Below, piece after piece: positions 19,760-30,274 of a DNA stretch of 64,000 bases. The position numbers and the translations under genes are program-made. The notes under the pieces were generated by a model. That model was given only the letters and a program-made list of their open reading frames with translations, searched no databases and had not been told where the DNA came from. How positions within the stretch are numbered: the stretch's first letter is position 1; each line of letters starts with the position of its first letter. Origin of the DNA: Roseovarius sp. (GTDB lineage: Bacteria; Pseudomonadota; Alphaproteobacteria; Rhodobacterales; Rhodobacteraceae); contig JAOSKR010000003.1 of the NCBI GenBank assembly GCA_027493545.1, forward strand, positions 117,360 to 181,359. Reading direction: 5' to 3'.

Positions 19760-21162
19760 ACGCACCACGGACCCTGCTGGACAAGCTCTGGAACCGGCAC
19801 GAGATCGTGCGCGGCGACGAGGGCACCTCGCTGCTCTGGGTCGACCGGCATCTGGTGCACGAGGGATCGCACCACGCCTTTCGCAAGCTTTCCGAACGCA
19901 ACCTGCCGGTGGCGCATCCCGAACTGACCGTGGCGGTGGTCGACCACTACGCGCCCACCCGCCACCGCGACCGTATCACCGACCCGGCACAAAAACGCAT
20001 GATCGACACCCTTGAAGAAAACGCGCGCCGGCATGGCCTGACCTGTTTCGGTCTCGACGATCCGCGGCAGGGGATCGTGCATGTGATCGGGCCGGAACAG
20101 GGGCTGACCCTGCCGGGACTGCTGATCAATTGCGGCGACAGCCACACCTCGACCCACGGCGCATTTGGCGCGCTGGCCTTCGGGATCGGCGCAACCGAGG
20201 TCGCCCACGTACTGGCCACCCAGACGATCTGGCAAAGCCGGCCCAAGGCGATGCGCATCCGCATCGAGGGCACCGCCGGACCCGGCGTCGGGGCCAAGGA
20301 TTTCGCGCTGGGCTGGATCGCCCGGCTGGGGGCCGACGGCGCGCACGGCCACGCCATCGAATACGCGGGCTCGGCGGTGCGGGCGCTGTCGATGGAGGGG
20401 CGCATGACGCTCTGCAACCTCTCGATCGAAGGCGGCGGCCGGCTCGGCATGATCGCGCCGGACGAGACCACGCTGGCCTATCTGGAAGGCCGGCCGCGGG
20501 CACCGGCGGGCGACGAGTGGCAGCGCGCCTGCGCCGAGTGGCTGGCGCTGACAAGCGACGATGGCGCCGCTTTCGACCGCGAGGTGACGATCGACGCGGC
20601 CGAGATCGCCCCCATCGTCACCTGGGGCACCAGCCCCGAGGACGCGCTGCCCATCGACGGCCATGTTCCCGATCCCGCGAAGCTGGCGCCGCGCGAGGCC
20701 GATAACGTCCGCGACGCGCTGGATTACATGGGGCTCACCGCGGGGCAGAAGCTGGCGGGCACACCGGTCGATCAGGTCTTCATCGGCTCATGCACCAACG
20801 CCCGCATCGAGGATCTGCGCGCCGCCGCCGCCGTCCTGGCGGGCCGGCGGTCGCGGGTGCCGGGCATGGTCTCGCCTGGCTCCACCGCCGTCAAGGCCCG
20901 GGCCGAGGCCGAGGGGCTGGACCGGATATTCATCGAGGCCGGGCTCGACTGGGTGGGTTCGGGCTGTTCGATGTGCGTGGCGATGAACGGCGATATCGCG
21001 GCCCCGGGCAGCCGCGTCGCCTCGACCACCAACCGGAACTTCAAGGGCCGGCAGGGGCGCGGCGCGCGCACCCATCTGATGTCGCCGGTCATGGTCGCCG
21101 CGGCGGCCGTCACCGGCGCGCTGACCGATGTGCGCCCGCTGCTCAAAGGACGCAAGCCATGA
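19756..21162 (+). CDS. leuC: aconitase-family dehydratase large subunit (3-isopropylmalate dehydratase LeuC-like)
   Basis: MNAPRTLLDKLWNRHEI...VDRHLVHEGSHHAF...INCGDSHTSTHGAFGALAFGIG...FIGSCTNARIEDL...GCSMCVAMNGD... are Fe-S ligand Cys blocks. From its context this may be a catabolic paralogue rather than the leucine-pathway enzyme. Confidence 0.8.
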   Translation: MNAPRTLLDKLWNRHEIVRGDEGTSLLWVDRHLVHEGSHHAFRKLSERNLPVAHPELTVAVVDHYAPTRHRDRITDPAQKRMIDTLEENARRHGLTCFGLDDPRQGIVHVIGPEQGLTLPGLLINCGDSHTSTHGAFGALAFGIGATEVAHVLATQTIWQSRPKAMRIRIEGTAGPGVGAKDFALGWIARLGADGAHGHAIEYAGSAVRALSMEGRMTLCNLSIEGGGRLGMIAPDETTLAYLEGRPRAPAGDEWQRACAEWLALTSDDGAAFDREVTIDAAEIAPIVTWGTSPEDALPIDGHVPDPAKLAPREADNVRDALDYMGLTAGQKLAGTPVDQVFIGSCTNARIEDLRAAAAVLAGRRSRVPGMVSPGSTAVKARAEAEGLDRIFIEAGLDWVGSGCSMCVAMNGDIAAPGSRVASTTNRNFKGRQGRGARTHLMSPVMVAAAAVTGALTDVRPLLKGRKP

Positions 21163-21761
21163 AGGGCTGGACACGGCACGAGGGCATGGCCGCCGGCCTG
21201 CCGCAGGAAAACATCGACACCGACCAGCTGATTCCGGCGCGCTTCATGTCGGCGCCCCGCAGCGAGGGCTATGGCAAGTTCCTGCTCCACGACCTGCGCT
21301 TTGACGCCGACGGCACGCCGCGCGACTTCCCGCTCGGGCCCGGGACCAGCGTTGTCGTCACGAGGCGCAATTTCGGCAGCGGCTCATCGCGCGAGGCGGC
21401 GGTCTATGCGCTGGTGGATTTCGGCATCAGGGTGGTGGTCGCCCCCAGCTTCGGCGATATCTTCGCCTCGAACGCGGTCAACAACGGGCTGCTGCCCGCG
21501 CGCGTGACACCCGAGATGGCCGAGCAGCTGCTGGGCCAGCTCGCGGCCGGGCCCGTGCGCGTGGTGGCCGATCTGGAAACGGGCCGTATCCGTATCGGGG
21601 ACGAAAGCGTGCCCTTCGACCTGGTGCGCAGCTGGCGCGACAAGCTGATCAACGGCTGGGACGATATCGACCTGACGCTGCGGCACCGGGCCGAGATCGC
21701 CACCTTTGCCGAACGCTATCGTCGCGCCAGCCCCTGGACCTGGCCGCGGGGCACGGGCTGA
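21159..21761 (+). CDS. leuD: aconitase-family dehydratase small subunit (LeuD-like)
   Basis: MKGWTRHEGMAAGLPQENIDTDQLIPARFM...VVTRRNFGSGSSREAAVYALVDFGIRVVVAPSFGDIF... ATGA overlap with the large subunit. Confidence 0.8.
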   Translation: MKGWTRHEGMAAGLPQENIDTDQLIPARFMSAPRSEGYGKFLLHDLRFDADGTPRDFPLGPGTSVVVTRRNFGSGSSREAAVYALVDFGIRVVVAPSFGDIFASNAVNNGLLPARVTPEMAEQLLGQLAAGPVRVVADLETGRIRIGDESVPFDLVRSWRDKLINGWDDIDLTLRHRAEIATFAERYRRASPWTWPRGTG

Positions 21762-21920
21762 GGCTCGGCCCCTCCCGCCACCGGCCCGCGCCGAAAAAGC
21801 CGAGACCGCGCGCCCCATCGTTCGACGCCTCCGGGGGCGATTTCGGACGTGCTGGTTGGCACGCCCTGGCCCGGTCAGGAAAACGCAGCCAAATCGGTCC
21901 AGCCCGAGCCCGCACGCCAA

Positions 21921-22333
21921 TCAATTCGCAACATTGGCGGCCAGTTCGCGGGGCATGTAGTCTTCGTCGTGCTTGGCGAGGATCTCGCTCGCCTGGAACT
22001 GGCCGTTCACCAGCCGCCCGGTGGCGATCGCCCCCTCGCCCTCGGCGAAGAGGTCGGGGAGCAGACCGCCATAGACCACTGGCATCGAGCTTTCGCCATC
22101 GGTAAGGCGGAAGGAGACCGCCGTGCCGTCGCGCAGCAGGCTGCCAGCCTCGACCATGCCGCCGAGACGGAAAGTCTCGCCCGGACCCGGCGCGTCGGCG
22201 GGGTCTGCGACGGCGTGCGGAAGAACCGGATGCCGTCGCGCATTGCGTGCCCGATCATCGCGGTCGAGAGCGCAAGCGCCAGCGCCGCCACGGCCAGCAG
22301 CCGGATGCGGCGGGACTTGTGCAGCCGGCTCAT
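21921..22333 (-). pseudogene. ccmE: cytochrome c maturation haem chaperone CcmE, one frameshift
   Basis: The N-terminal anchor [43 protein letters not shown] is in ORF 22007..22333. The OB-fold part ...GETFRLGGMVEAGSL...ILAKHDEDYMPRE (haem-binding His in KHDE) is in ORF 21921..22358. The junction is near 22210. Confidence 0.8.
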
Positions 22334-23610
22334 CCCGACAAGCCCGATGCACGGGCAAAGGGCAGTTGCAACTCGCGCCAGCAGCGCGCCAGTGCCGTCA
22401 CCAGATCGTCCATCATCTCGTCGTCATGCAGCGGCGTGGCGGTGATGCGCAGCCGCTCGGTCCCGCGTGGAACCGTGGGATAGTTGATCGGCTGGAGGTA
22501 GATCGCGTGTTCGCCAAGAAGCCGGTCGCAAAGCGCCTTGCACCGCGCCGCATCGCCGACGATCACCGGGACGATATGGCTGGGGGCGTCGAGAAACGGG
22601 ATGCGCTCGCTGGCAAGAAGCCGCCGCAACCGCGCGGCGCGCTCGTGCAGCGCGGCGCGCTCGCGGCCGCTCCGGCGCAGATGCCGCACCGATGCCAGCG
22701 CCCCGGCGGCGACCGCGGGCGGAACTGCGCTGGTAAAGATGAAACCGTTGGCGTGGCTGCGGATCGCATCGATGATGGAACGGTCCGCCGCGACATAGCC
22801 GCCGATCACGCCATAGGCCTTGGCGAGCGTTCCCTGGACGATGTCGATTTCGCCGGCCACGCCGTCGCGCTCGGCGACGCCCGCGCCGGTAGGGCCGTAC
22901 ATGCCCACCGCATGCACCTCGTCGAGATAGGTGAGCGCGCCATGCTCACGGGCAATCTCGACGATCTCGCCGATGGGCGCGATGTCGCCGTCCATCGAAT
23001 AGACCGATTCGAAGGCGATGATCTTGCAACGCTCGCGCGGCAGCCCCAACAGCAGTTCGTGCAGGTGATCGAGGTCGTTATGACGGAAGATGCGCTTTTC
23101 CGCGCGGCTGGTCAGCACGCCCTGAATCATGGAGGCGTGGTTGAGCTCATCCGACAGGATCACGCAATCGGGCAGCAGCCGGCCCAGCGTGGCCAGCGTG
23201 GCGAGGTTGGCGAGATAGCCGCAGCCGAAGACCAGCGCGCCGGGCTTGCCGTGCAGCATCGCCAGTTCACGTTCCAGCGCGACGATGGGTCCGTGATTGC
23301 CCGAGATGTTGCGGGTGCCGCCCGCGCCCGCCCCGAAATCGTCGATGGCCTCCTTCATCGCCTGGCGCACGCCGGGGTGCTGGCCCATGCCGAGATAGTC
23401 GTTCGAGCACCAGACGGCGATGCGCCGTTCCTCGGCGCCTGCGATGGCCATCGACCATGGAAAGCTGCCGACGATCCGGTTGTGCTCCTGAAAGACACGA
23501 TAGCGCCCTTCCTCGACCAACCCGTCGACCGAGCCCTGCAACAGTGCAAGGTAATCGGGCGTGGCCCCCTCCGGGTCGTTCGCCCCCATCCGCAGGACAG
23601 TCGTGTTCAT
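22330..23610 (-). CDS. hemA: 5-aminolevulinate synthase (PLP-dependent, HemA/HemT type)
   Basis: ATG at 23610 follows GGAGGAAGG. ...[17 protein letters not shown]...[14 protein letters not shown]...SMDGDIAP...GTLAKAYG...TATPLHDD... ATGA overlaps with ccmI upstream and ccmE downstream. Confidence 0.85.
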   Translation of the reverse strand: MNTTVLRMGANDPEGATPDYLALLQGSVDGLVEEGRYRVFQEHNRIVGSFPWSMAIAGAEERRIAVWCSNDYLGMGQHPGVRQAMKEAIDDFGAGAGGTRNISGNHGPIVALERELAMLHGKPGALVFGCGYLANLATLATLGRLLPDCVILSDELNHASMIQGVLTSRAEKRIFRHNDLDHLHELLLGLPRERCKIIAFESVYSMDGDIAPIGEIVEIAREHGALTYLDEVHAVGMYGPTGAGVAERDGVAGEIDIVQGTLAKAYGVIGGYVAADRSIIDAIRSHANGFIFTSAVPPAVAAGALASVRHLRRSGRERAALHERAARLRRLLASERIPFLDAPSHIVPVIVGDAARCKALCDRLLGEHAIYLQPINYPTVPRGTERLRITATPLHDDEMMDDLVTALARCWRELQLPFARASGLSG

Positions 23611-24581
23611 GGCCTTCCTCCCGTGGTTCCGCCGGTAATGTCGATCATCTCGAGCATGGAGCGCACCCGCGCCGTCGCCGGGTGTTCCGGCGCCAGCCGG
23701 ACCGCCAGCCATTCCAGATCGGCCCGAGCCGCATCGGGCCGGGCCAGTCTCAGATTGAGCAGGGCGCGATACCAATGCGCCTCGGCCAGATCCGGGGCGG
23801 CAGCCAGCACCGCCCCGACCTGGTCGAGAAGCTCGGCGGCAGGCGGCGCATCGGGCGTCTCGATCACCATGCGCAGATAGTTCATGCGAAATTCCAGATC
23901 GTCGGGATACTGCTCCGCCGCCGCAGCGAGCACCTCGGGCGCTTCCGCCTCCCGGCCCAGCACGCCATAGCTGCGCAGGAGCATCCGGTAGTCGTCGGAC
24001 GTCGCCGCGCCGTCGCGAACACGTGCCTCCAGCCGGGCGACCATCGCGCCGATATCGGGCGCGCCGTCGGCGGTCATCGGCATGTCGGGTGGCAGGGCAG
24101 GGGCCGCGGCGGAGGGTGCCTCGATGGGAATGCGGCCATCGGCATGGGGCGAGACGGTCATGTCGATGTCATTCCAGGATGCGGCGCGGCTCACGCCGAA
24201 GGCCGCCGCGGCAACGCAGAGCATCGTGAGGGCCGAGCCGATGCGCCCCGGCATCCGCGCTTGGGGGCCGTCGACGGGGTCGAACGCGTCGCGCGCGCGG
24301 CGCAGCGCCTCGAGCGCGGTCTCGGCCTCGGCGGCAAGGTGGCGATTGTTGAGCCCGTGCGCGGCCTGGTCAATTCGGCCTTCGGCCAGCGCCATGTCGT
24401 TCTCGCGCAACTGCCCGGTCAGGCGGTCCTTCTCGACCTGCCAGCGGTCCACGGGGTCGCGGCTCTCCACGCCGCGGCCGAGCGCACGGTTGGCCGCCGG
24501 GCGAAAGAGCGGCAGCGCCACAAGACCCGCTGTCAGCAGCACGAGGCCGATGGCCATAATCGCGGGAACGGTCATCGTCAT
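23607..24581 (-). CDS. ccmI: cytochrome c-type biogenesis protein CcmI (CycH)
   Basis: [26 protein letters not shown] (TM) ...[26 protein letters not shown]... A second TM is followed by a TPR-like C-terminal region. ATGA overlaps on both sides. Confidence 0.7.
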   Translation of the reverse strand: MTMTVPAIMAIGLVLLTAGLVALPLFRPAANRALGRGVESRDPVDRWQVEKDRLTGQLRENDMALAEGRIDQAAHGLNNRHLAAEAETALEALRRARDAFDPVDGPQARMPGRIGSALTMLCVAAAAFGVSRAASWNDIDMTVSPHADGRIPIEAPSAAAPALPPDMPMTADGAPDIGAMVARLEARVRDGAATSDDYRMLLRSYGVLGREAEAPEVLAAAAEQYPDDLEFRMNYLRMVIETPDAPPAAELLDQVGAVLAAAPDLAEAHWYRALLNLRLARPDAARADLEWLAVRLAPEHPATARVRSMLEMIDITGGTTGGRP

Positions 24582-25021
24582 GGTTCCAACTCCTCGAGCC
24601 GCGCTTCGGTCAGCTGGGCATGGGTCTCCGGGGTGTCCTTCCCGGGGCCGCGCAGCCGGTACACCAGCAACAGCGCGAGCCCCGCGCCGCCGATCACCAG
24701 AAGTACGGGGACCAGCCAGATCACGGCTCCGGGTCCGGTCGATGGCGGCGAGAGCAGCACGTAATCGCCGTAGCGCGCCCGGAAGAATGCCATGATCTGC
24801 GCGTCCGAGCGCCCCTCGATCACCTGCTCGCGCACCAGTTCCAGCATCTCGCGCGCGGTGCCGGAATGGGAGTCGAGGATGTTTTCGCTCTGGCAGACCG
24901 GACAACGCAATCCGGTGGCGACGGCGCGCACGCGCGCCTCGGCGGGATCCTCGCCGACCAGACGCCCGGCCCAGAGCGGCGCCGCGGTCAGCGCCAGAAC
25001 GAAGGCCAGCACGAGCCTCAT
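24578..25021 (-). CDS. ccmH: cytochrome c-type biogenesis protein CcmH (CycL)
   Basis: MRLVLAFVLALTAAPLWA signal followed by LRCPVCQSENILDSHSGTAREM (the LRCxxCQ motif) and a C-terminal TM. Confidence 0.85.
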   Translation of the reverse strand: MRLVLAFVLALTAAPLWAGRLVGEDPAEARVRAVATGLRCPVCQSENILDSHSGTAREMLELVREQVIEGRSDAQIMAFFRARYGDYVLLSPPSTGPGAVIWLVPVLLVIGGAGLALLLVYRLRGPGKDTPETHAQLTEARLEELEP

Positions 25022-25578
25022 GGCGTCACCCCGATCCGTGGCATCGCCTCGGCGAGGACGGCAGCGGTGAGCGGGCCGGCGTGACGCATCCGCACGATGC
25101 CCCCGGCGTCGATGAAGAACGTCTCGGGCATTCCGTAGACGCCGAAATCTATGCCGAGCCGTCCCCTCGGGTCGTGACCCGATGGATAGGGAAAGCGGCC
25201 CTCCCGCGCGAGATAGGCGGCGGCCCTGTCGGGGTCGTCGCGATAGTTGATGCCGGCGATCCGAAAGGCGCCGCTGGTCTCGCTGAACTGGCCCAGACGA
25301 ATGAGTTGAGCATGTTCCTGCCGGCACGAGGTGCACCAGGATGCCCAGAAATTCAACACCAGCGGCTCTCCCGCCAGATCGGCCGAGCGCAGCACCCCCT
25401 CGCGCTCGAGATAGGCGATCTCGAAGGCGGGCATCGGCTGGCCCACGAGCGCCGAGGGCAGTCGGCCGGGCTCACGCGTGAGGCCGATGGCCAGAAGCCC
25501 CAGCAGCGCCAGCGCCGCCGCGCCGAGGGCGTAGCGCCAGCGTGCCGGGCGTCTTGGGGACTGCGTGACGTCGGTCAT
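25018..25578 (-). CDS. ccmG: periplasmic thiol:disulfide oxidoreductase CcmG/DsbE
   Basis: N-terminal anchor followed by LVLNFWASWCTSCRQEH (thioredoxin CxxC) and GVYGMPETFFID. Confidence 0.85.
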   Translation of the reverse strand: MTDVTQSPRRPARWRYALGAAALALLGLLAIGLTREPGRLPSALVGQPMPAFEIAYLEREGVLRSADLAGEPLVLNFWASWCTSCRQEHAQLIRLGQFSETSGAFRIAGINYRDDPDRAAAYLAREGRFPYPSGHDPRGRLGIDFGVYGMPETFFIDAGGIVRMRHAGPLTAAVLAEAMPRIGVTP

Positions 25579-27587
25579 TGCGCGGGTACTCCCCTGGCCT
25601 GTGGTGCGGGTCGGCGCGTGCAAACCCCAACCATGCGGGTGCGTTCGGTCAGCGACAGCGCCGCGCCCGCCAGCACCACCGCCCAGCCGATCCAGATCCA
25701 CGACACGAGCGGGTTCCAGAAGAGGCGCGCGATCAGCCGCCCGTCTGCGGACTCATCGCCCATCACGGCATAGAGATCGCCCCAGGCTTGCGGCCGGAGC
25801 GCAACCTCGGTGGTGGTCATGGCGCGGATCGGATAGAATCGCTTTTCGGGACGCAACTCGAAAAGCGGACGGCCGTCCCCGGCGACGCTGAAGGTCGCGC
25901 GCCGGCCCTGATAATTGGGCATGTCGATGTCGGCGATGCCGCGCAGGGTGATGACATGGCCCGCGATCTCGACGGAATCGCCGCGCCGCATCTCGACCGT
26001 CGCCTGGCTCTGGAAAAGGCCCGAGCCGATCATGCCCACCGCGATCAAAACCATGCCCAGATGCACGATCAGCCCGCCGAAACGGCGGCGCGACCGGCTC
26101 AGCACCATGCCCGCCGCCCGCGCCCACGCGACCCCGCCCGAGCGGCGCCGCGCCGCGACGGCGAGCGACATGTCGGTGAGGATGGCGGTGGCGGCAAAGA
26201 CCGCTCCGGCGATCGACAGCAGCGTGAGCGGCGCGCGAATGCCCAGGCCGAGTCCGGCGGCAAGCGCTGCCGCGGCGAGCGCGAAGGGCAGCCGGAAATG
26301 CCGCAGGAACCGCGCGGAGGTCATGCCGCGCCAGGGGATCGACGGGCCGATCCCCATCAGGAAGAGGAGCGCCACCATCACCGGCGCAACGACCTTGTTG
26401 AAGTAGGGTGCCCCGACGCTGAGTTTCTGACCCGTCACCACCTCGACCGCCAGCGGGAACAGGGTACCGATGAAGACCACCGCGGTGACGACCAGCAGAA
26501 GCACCGAATTGGCGAGGATCGCGGTCTCGCGCGACAGGGCGCCTTCGAGCCTGGCTTCCGACTCGAGCATCGTGGCGCGCCAGATGATCAGCCCGTAGCC
26601 GGCGGTCATCGCCAGTGCGAGAAAGCCCAGCATGTAGGCCCCGCGCCCCGGATCGACGGCGAAGGCATGGACCGAGGTCAGAACGCCGGAACGCACCAGA
26701 AAGGTGCCCAGCAGTGTCAGCAGGAATGTTGTCACCACGAGAAAGACGTTCCAGCTGCGAAACATCCGGCGCTTTTCCTGCACCATCATCGAATGCAGCA
26801 GCGCCGTGCCCGCGAGCCACGGCATCAGCGACGCGTTCTCGACCGGATCCCAGGCCCAGTAGCCGCCCCAGCCGAGCTCGTAATACGCCCAGTAGCCGCC
26901 GAAGATGATCCCCGAGGTCAGCGCCGTCCGGGCAAAGAGCGTCCAGCGGCGCACGGCCGTCACCCATTCGTGTCCGACCTGCCCGCGGATCAGCGAGGCG
27001 ATGGCGAAGGCGAAGGGCACGGCAAATCCGACATAGCCCAGGTAGAGAACCGGCGGATGGAAGGCGAGGCCCGGATCCTGCAGCAGCGGGTTGAGGTCGC
27101 GGCCGTTCGCCGGGACGGGCGTCAGGCTCGCGAAGGGGTTGGAAAGCAGCAGGATGAAGGCCAGGAACCCGGCCTGAATCGCGGCCAGTGTCGCGATGAT
27201 CCACGGCATCGACAACGGATGCTCGCGCCAGTGCAGCCAGAGCGCGGCGGCGGTGAAGAGCGAAAGGTACCACGCCCAGAGCAGCAGCGAGCCCTCATGC
27301 GCGCCCCACATCGCGGTGAACCGGTAGAGCAGCGGCAGTTCGAGATTGCTGTTTTGAGCCACATAGGCGACCGAGAAATCCGAGATCACGAAGGCATGGA
27401 TCAACGTCGCGGCGCCGGCGCTGAGAAGCGCAAGATTGGCGAACATGGCGTTGCGGGCCGCAACCAGGCGCGCGGGGGCGCACTGACGCACCGAAAGCAC
27501 CGCCCGGGCGATGGCAAAGACACAGAGCACCAGCGCGAGGCCCGCCGCCAGTTGCCCCAGTTCGGCGAGTGTCAGCGTCATGGACAT
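25575..27587 (-). CDS. ccmF: cytochrome c haem lyase subunit CcmF
   Basis: 670 aa within ORF 25575..27716. Polytopic, with the WGGYWAWDPVEN (WWD) motif and conserved His-containing loops. ATG at 27587. Confidence 0.9.
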   Translation of the reverse strand: MSMTLTLAELGQLAAGLALVLCVFAIARAVLSVRQCAPARLVAARNAMFANLALLSAGAATLIHAFVISDFSVAYVAQNSNLELPLLYRFTAMWGAHEGSLLLWAWYLSLFTAAALWLHWREHPLSMPWIIATLAAIQAGFLAFILLLSNPFASLTPVPANGRDLNPLLQDPGLAFHPPVLYLGYVGFAVPFAFAIASLIRGQVGHEWVTAVRRWTLFARTALTSGIIFGGYWAYYELGWGGYWAWDPVENASLMPWLAGTALLHSMMVQEKRRMFRSWNVFLVVTTFLLTLLGTFLVRSGVLTSVHAFAVDPGRGAYMLGFLALAMTAGYGLIIWRATMLESEARLEGALSRETAILANSVLLLVVTAVVFIGTLFPLAVEVVTGQKLSVGAPYFNKVVAPVMVALLFLMGIGPSIPWRGMTSARFLRHFRLPFALAAAALAAGLGLGIRAPLTLLSIAGAVFAATAILTDMSLAVAARRRSGGVAWARAAGMVLSRSRRRFGGLIVHLGMVLIAVGMIGSGLFQSQATVEMRRGDSVEIAGHVITLRGIADIDMPNYQGRRATFSVAGDGRPLFELRPEKRFYPIRAMTTTEVALRPQAWGDLYAVMGDESADGRLIARLFWNPLVSWIWIGWAVVLAGAALSLTERTRMVGVCTRRPAPQARGVPAQ

Positions 27588-29076
27588 GACACGACCTCGG
27601 CGTCGCTCATGCAGGCGGCGAGGGCGGCGATCGCGTACCGGATGGTCCTTTCGTCGATCGCCGCATAACCCAGCAGGAGATGGCCGCGGTGGCGGCGGTT
27701 GTCGGGCGAGATCCACGAGCCGCCCGAGCCGGGCCGGTAGACGCCGATGCGCCGGAGCGCCGCGCGTCTTTCCAGCCGCGTCGCGTCGGCACCGCCGCCG
27801 GGCAGCCGCAACGACAGGTGCATTCCCGCGCGGTGGCCGAAGGTGGGCGCATCGGGGAAATGCAGTGCCAATTCGGACAGGAGCGTGTCACGGCGGCTCA
27901 TGTAGAGCGCCCGGATGCGCCGCAGGTGCCGCCGGAAACCGCCGCAGGCCATGAACTCGCCCATCGCCGCCTGTTCCAGCCAGGGCGCGCAGTTGCTGCT
28001 GAGCTGCTTCCAGCGCTTCAGCAGCACCACCACCCCCCGGCGAGGCGATGACGAAGCCCAGCCTCAGCCCTGGCCCGATGGACTTGGAAAAGGTGCCGAG
28101 ATAGATCACCCGCCCGGTCCGGTCGAGCCCGCGCAGCGCAGTGAGCGGCGCCCCCTCGTAGCGGAACTCGCCGTCATAGTCGTCCTCGATGATCAGGCTG
28201 TCCGTCCGCTCGGCCCAGTCGAGCAGCGCCAGGCGGCGTTCCAGTGTCATGGTCATGCCGATCGGATACTGGTGCGAGGGGGTGACATAGAGCAAGGAGG
28301 GGCCGCGTTCGGGCAGCCGTTCGACCTCGATTCCCTGCGCGTCCACCGGAACCGGCGTGCAGGTCCAGCCGGTGCCGTGAAAGGCGAAGCGTGCGCCCTG
28401 ATAGCATGGATCCTCGTGCAGGAAGGTGTTGCAGTGATGCCCGAACGCCTGTGCGATCAGCGTGAGCCCGTCCTGCGAGCCGCCGACGATGACGATATCC
28501 TCGGGGTCGGCGGGAATGCCGCGCGCGGGTCCGATGTGATCGGCGATGGCCTGCCGCAGCACCGGCAGGCCCTGCGGGTCTCCATAGGACGACAGCTGCG
28601 GCGCAACCGTAGCGCAGCTTGGTGTCGAGAATGCGCCGCCACTCGCGTGCGGGAAACGATTTGGGTTCGACCTTGCCGATCCAGAAATCCACCTGCATCC
28701 GCGCGCCATCGGGGTTGGTCACCGATTGCACCTCGGGCAGCGGCGCCAAGGGCGCCGTGAAGGGGGACGGACGGAGCGCCGGATCGGGCACCAGCGCAAG
28801 ACGGCCCGACGCCCGCATCGCCGCGTCGGGGAGATTGGAGCTGACGAAGGTGCCGACGTTCGCGCGGCTCTCGATGTAGCCCTCGCTCAGCAGCTTCTCG
28901 TAGGCGATGATGACGGTGTTGCGCGATACGCCCAGCTGTTCGCTGAGCGCGCGCGACCCCGGCATCGGATCGCCGCTGCGCAGCTTGCCATCGAGGATCA
29001 GCCGCTTGACCGCATCGAAGACCTGGGTCTGAAGCGTGCGCGTGTCATCGGGGTCAATCGTGAGAACGACCTGCAT
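27578..29076 (-). pseudogene. MocR-type regulator (GntR wHTH fused to a PLP-dependent aminotransferase-like domain), two frameshifts
   Basis: The wHTH ...PMPGSRALSEQLGVSRNTVIIAYEKLLSEGYIESRANVGTFV is in ORF 28174..29172 (ATG 29076). The aminotransferase-like body is in ORF 27888..28709 (...YGDPQGLPVLRQAIADHI...GTFSKSIGPGLRLGF...). The tail is in ORF 27578..28033. Junctions are near 28615 and 28030. The 3' end overlaps the ccmF start by 10 nt. Confidence 0.8.
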
Positions 29077-29125
29077 TGCCGGAACCTCCTCCGGTCCCAT
29101 GCTATCACGATGTCGGGAGTTTTTC

Positions 29126-29145
29126 ATGATTCCGGGATGAATCAT
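29126..29145. promoter_or_regulatory. inverted repeat upstream of the MocR-type regulator (candidate operator)
   Basis: ATGATTC-cgggat-GAATCAT (arms 29126-29132 and 29139-29145) lies about 50 nt upstream of the ATG at 29076, in the only AT-richer spot of the 114-nt gap between haoB and the regulator. Confidence 0.25.
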
Positions 29146-29190
29146 TTCCATGAGTCCGCCACGGGTCCGCATCGGGCGGCTTGCGGCGCG

Positions 29191-30211
29191 TCACAGCCCG
29201 GCCGTGGTGGGTTCCAGACGGTACACCCAGTAGCCGCCGGTCTGATAGACCAGCCTTGTGCCGGGTACCTGCCCGATGGCGGCCGAGTCGAATGGCAGGA
29301 GCTGACCCAGCAGGGTGCTCTTGTCGCGCGCGTCCGACAGGACATAGGCCCGGATCGTATCGCCGCCGCGGCGCTCGACGGCATAGGCGGCGTGGCCCTC
29401 GGCCGCGACCCAGTCCTTGACCGCGCGGGACTTGTCATGCGCGATGCCCGCGGCAGGAAAGTCGCGCTGCCCGACATGGATCCGGTCCGGGGCGTTCAGC
29501 CCGATGTCGAAAATGTCGCGGACATGCACGATCACATAGCCTGGCCGTGCCCCGCCAAGCGCCCGCAGCCGGGCGGCGCCGTAGATGTCTTCGGCCAGCA
29601 GCGCGTCGATCAGCACCGTGAAGGCCTCACCCGGCTCCCCCGCGACGCGCGATGCGGCCGGTTCCGCGTGCCAGCGTGCCTCGGTCCGTGTCACGGCGGC
29701 CTCGGTTCCGGTCCGGGGCGGGCAGGCGCAGAGCCGCCTGCGCCGCCGCCCCGGCCAGCGGGAACTCGGCCGGAATGAAATGCGCCAGCCGCTCCGAGAG
29801 CGCGGGCATGGCGATCACCGTGCTGCCTTCGGGCAGATGCTTGCGCAGCGCGCTGGCCAGCGCCAGCTCTTCCTGCGCGGAAACGTCCGAACGCAGGACC
29901 GGCTCGGGTGCCCGGCTCCGCCAGCCGACGATCACCTCGGCGCCATCGGTCATGGTGACGATCTCGGCGGTGGCGACGGCGCGATCGGGCTCGGTCGTCC
30001 GCAATTCGAGAGACGAGGCCACGGCGCCGGGCACCAGCTCCGCAAGCTTCACCGCGGCCTCCGACGGGGCCTCGGCGCCCGCCTCGTAACGATAGGGCGG
30101 CAAATCGGCGGCCGGTACCGACCAGCGCGCGGTGCCCCAGAGCGCCGCCCCGCCCAGACCCGCGAACGCCGCGATCGCGGCCGTGGATGTCACCAGACTC
30201 CGTCTTGTCAT
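29191..30211 (-). pseudogene. haoB: HaoB-like (hao orf2-like) anchored periplasmic protein, one frameshift; assignment is by position and topology only
   Basis: ORF 29627..30211 (MTRRSLVTSTAAIAAFAGLGGAALWG anchor/signal) and ORF 29191..29694 overlap by 68 nt. Both have natural-looking sequence only on one side of about 29715, which implies a single ~340-aa product directly downstream of haoA. Confidence 0.45.
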
Positions 30212-30274
30212 GTCTTCGCCTCCCGCGAGAAAAACCCCGGCCCGGGGGGCCGGGGATGTCTGCCGGTGCCCCGG

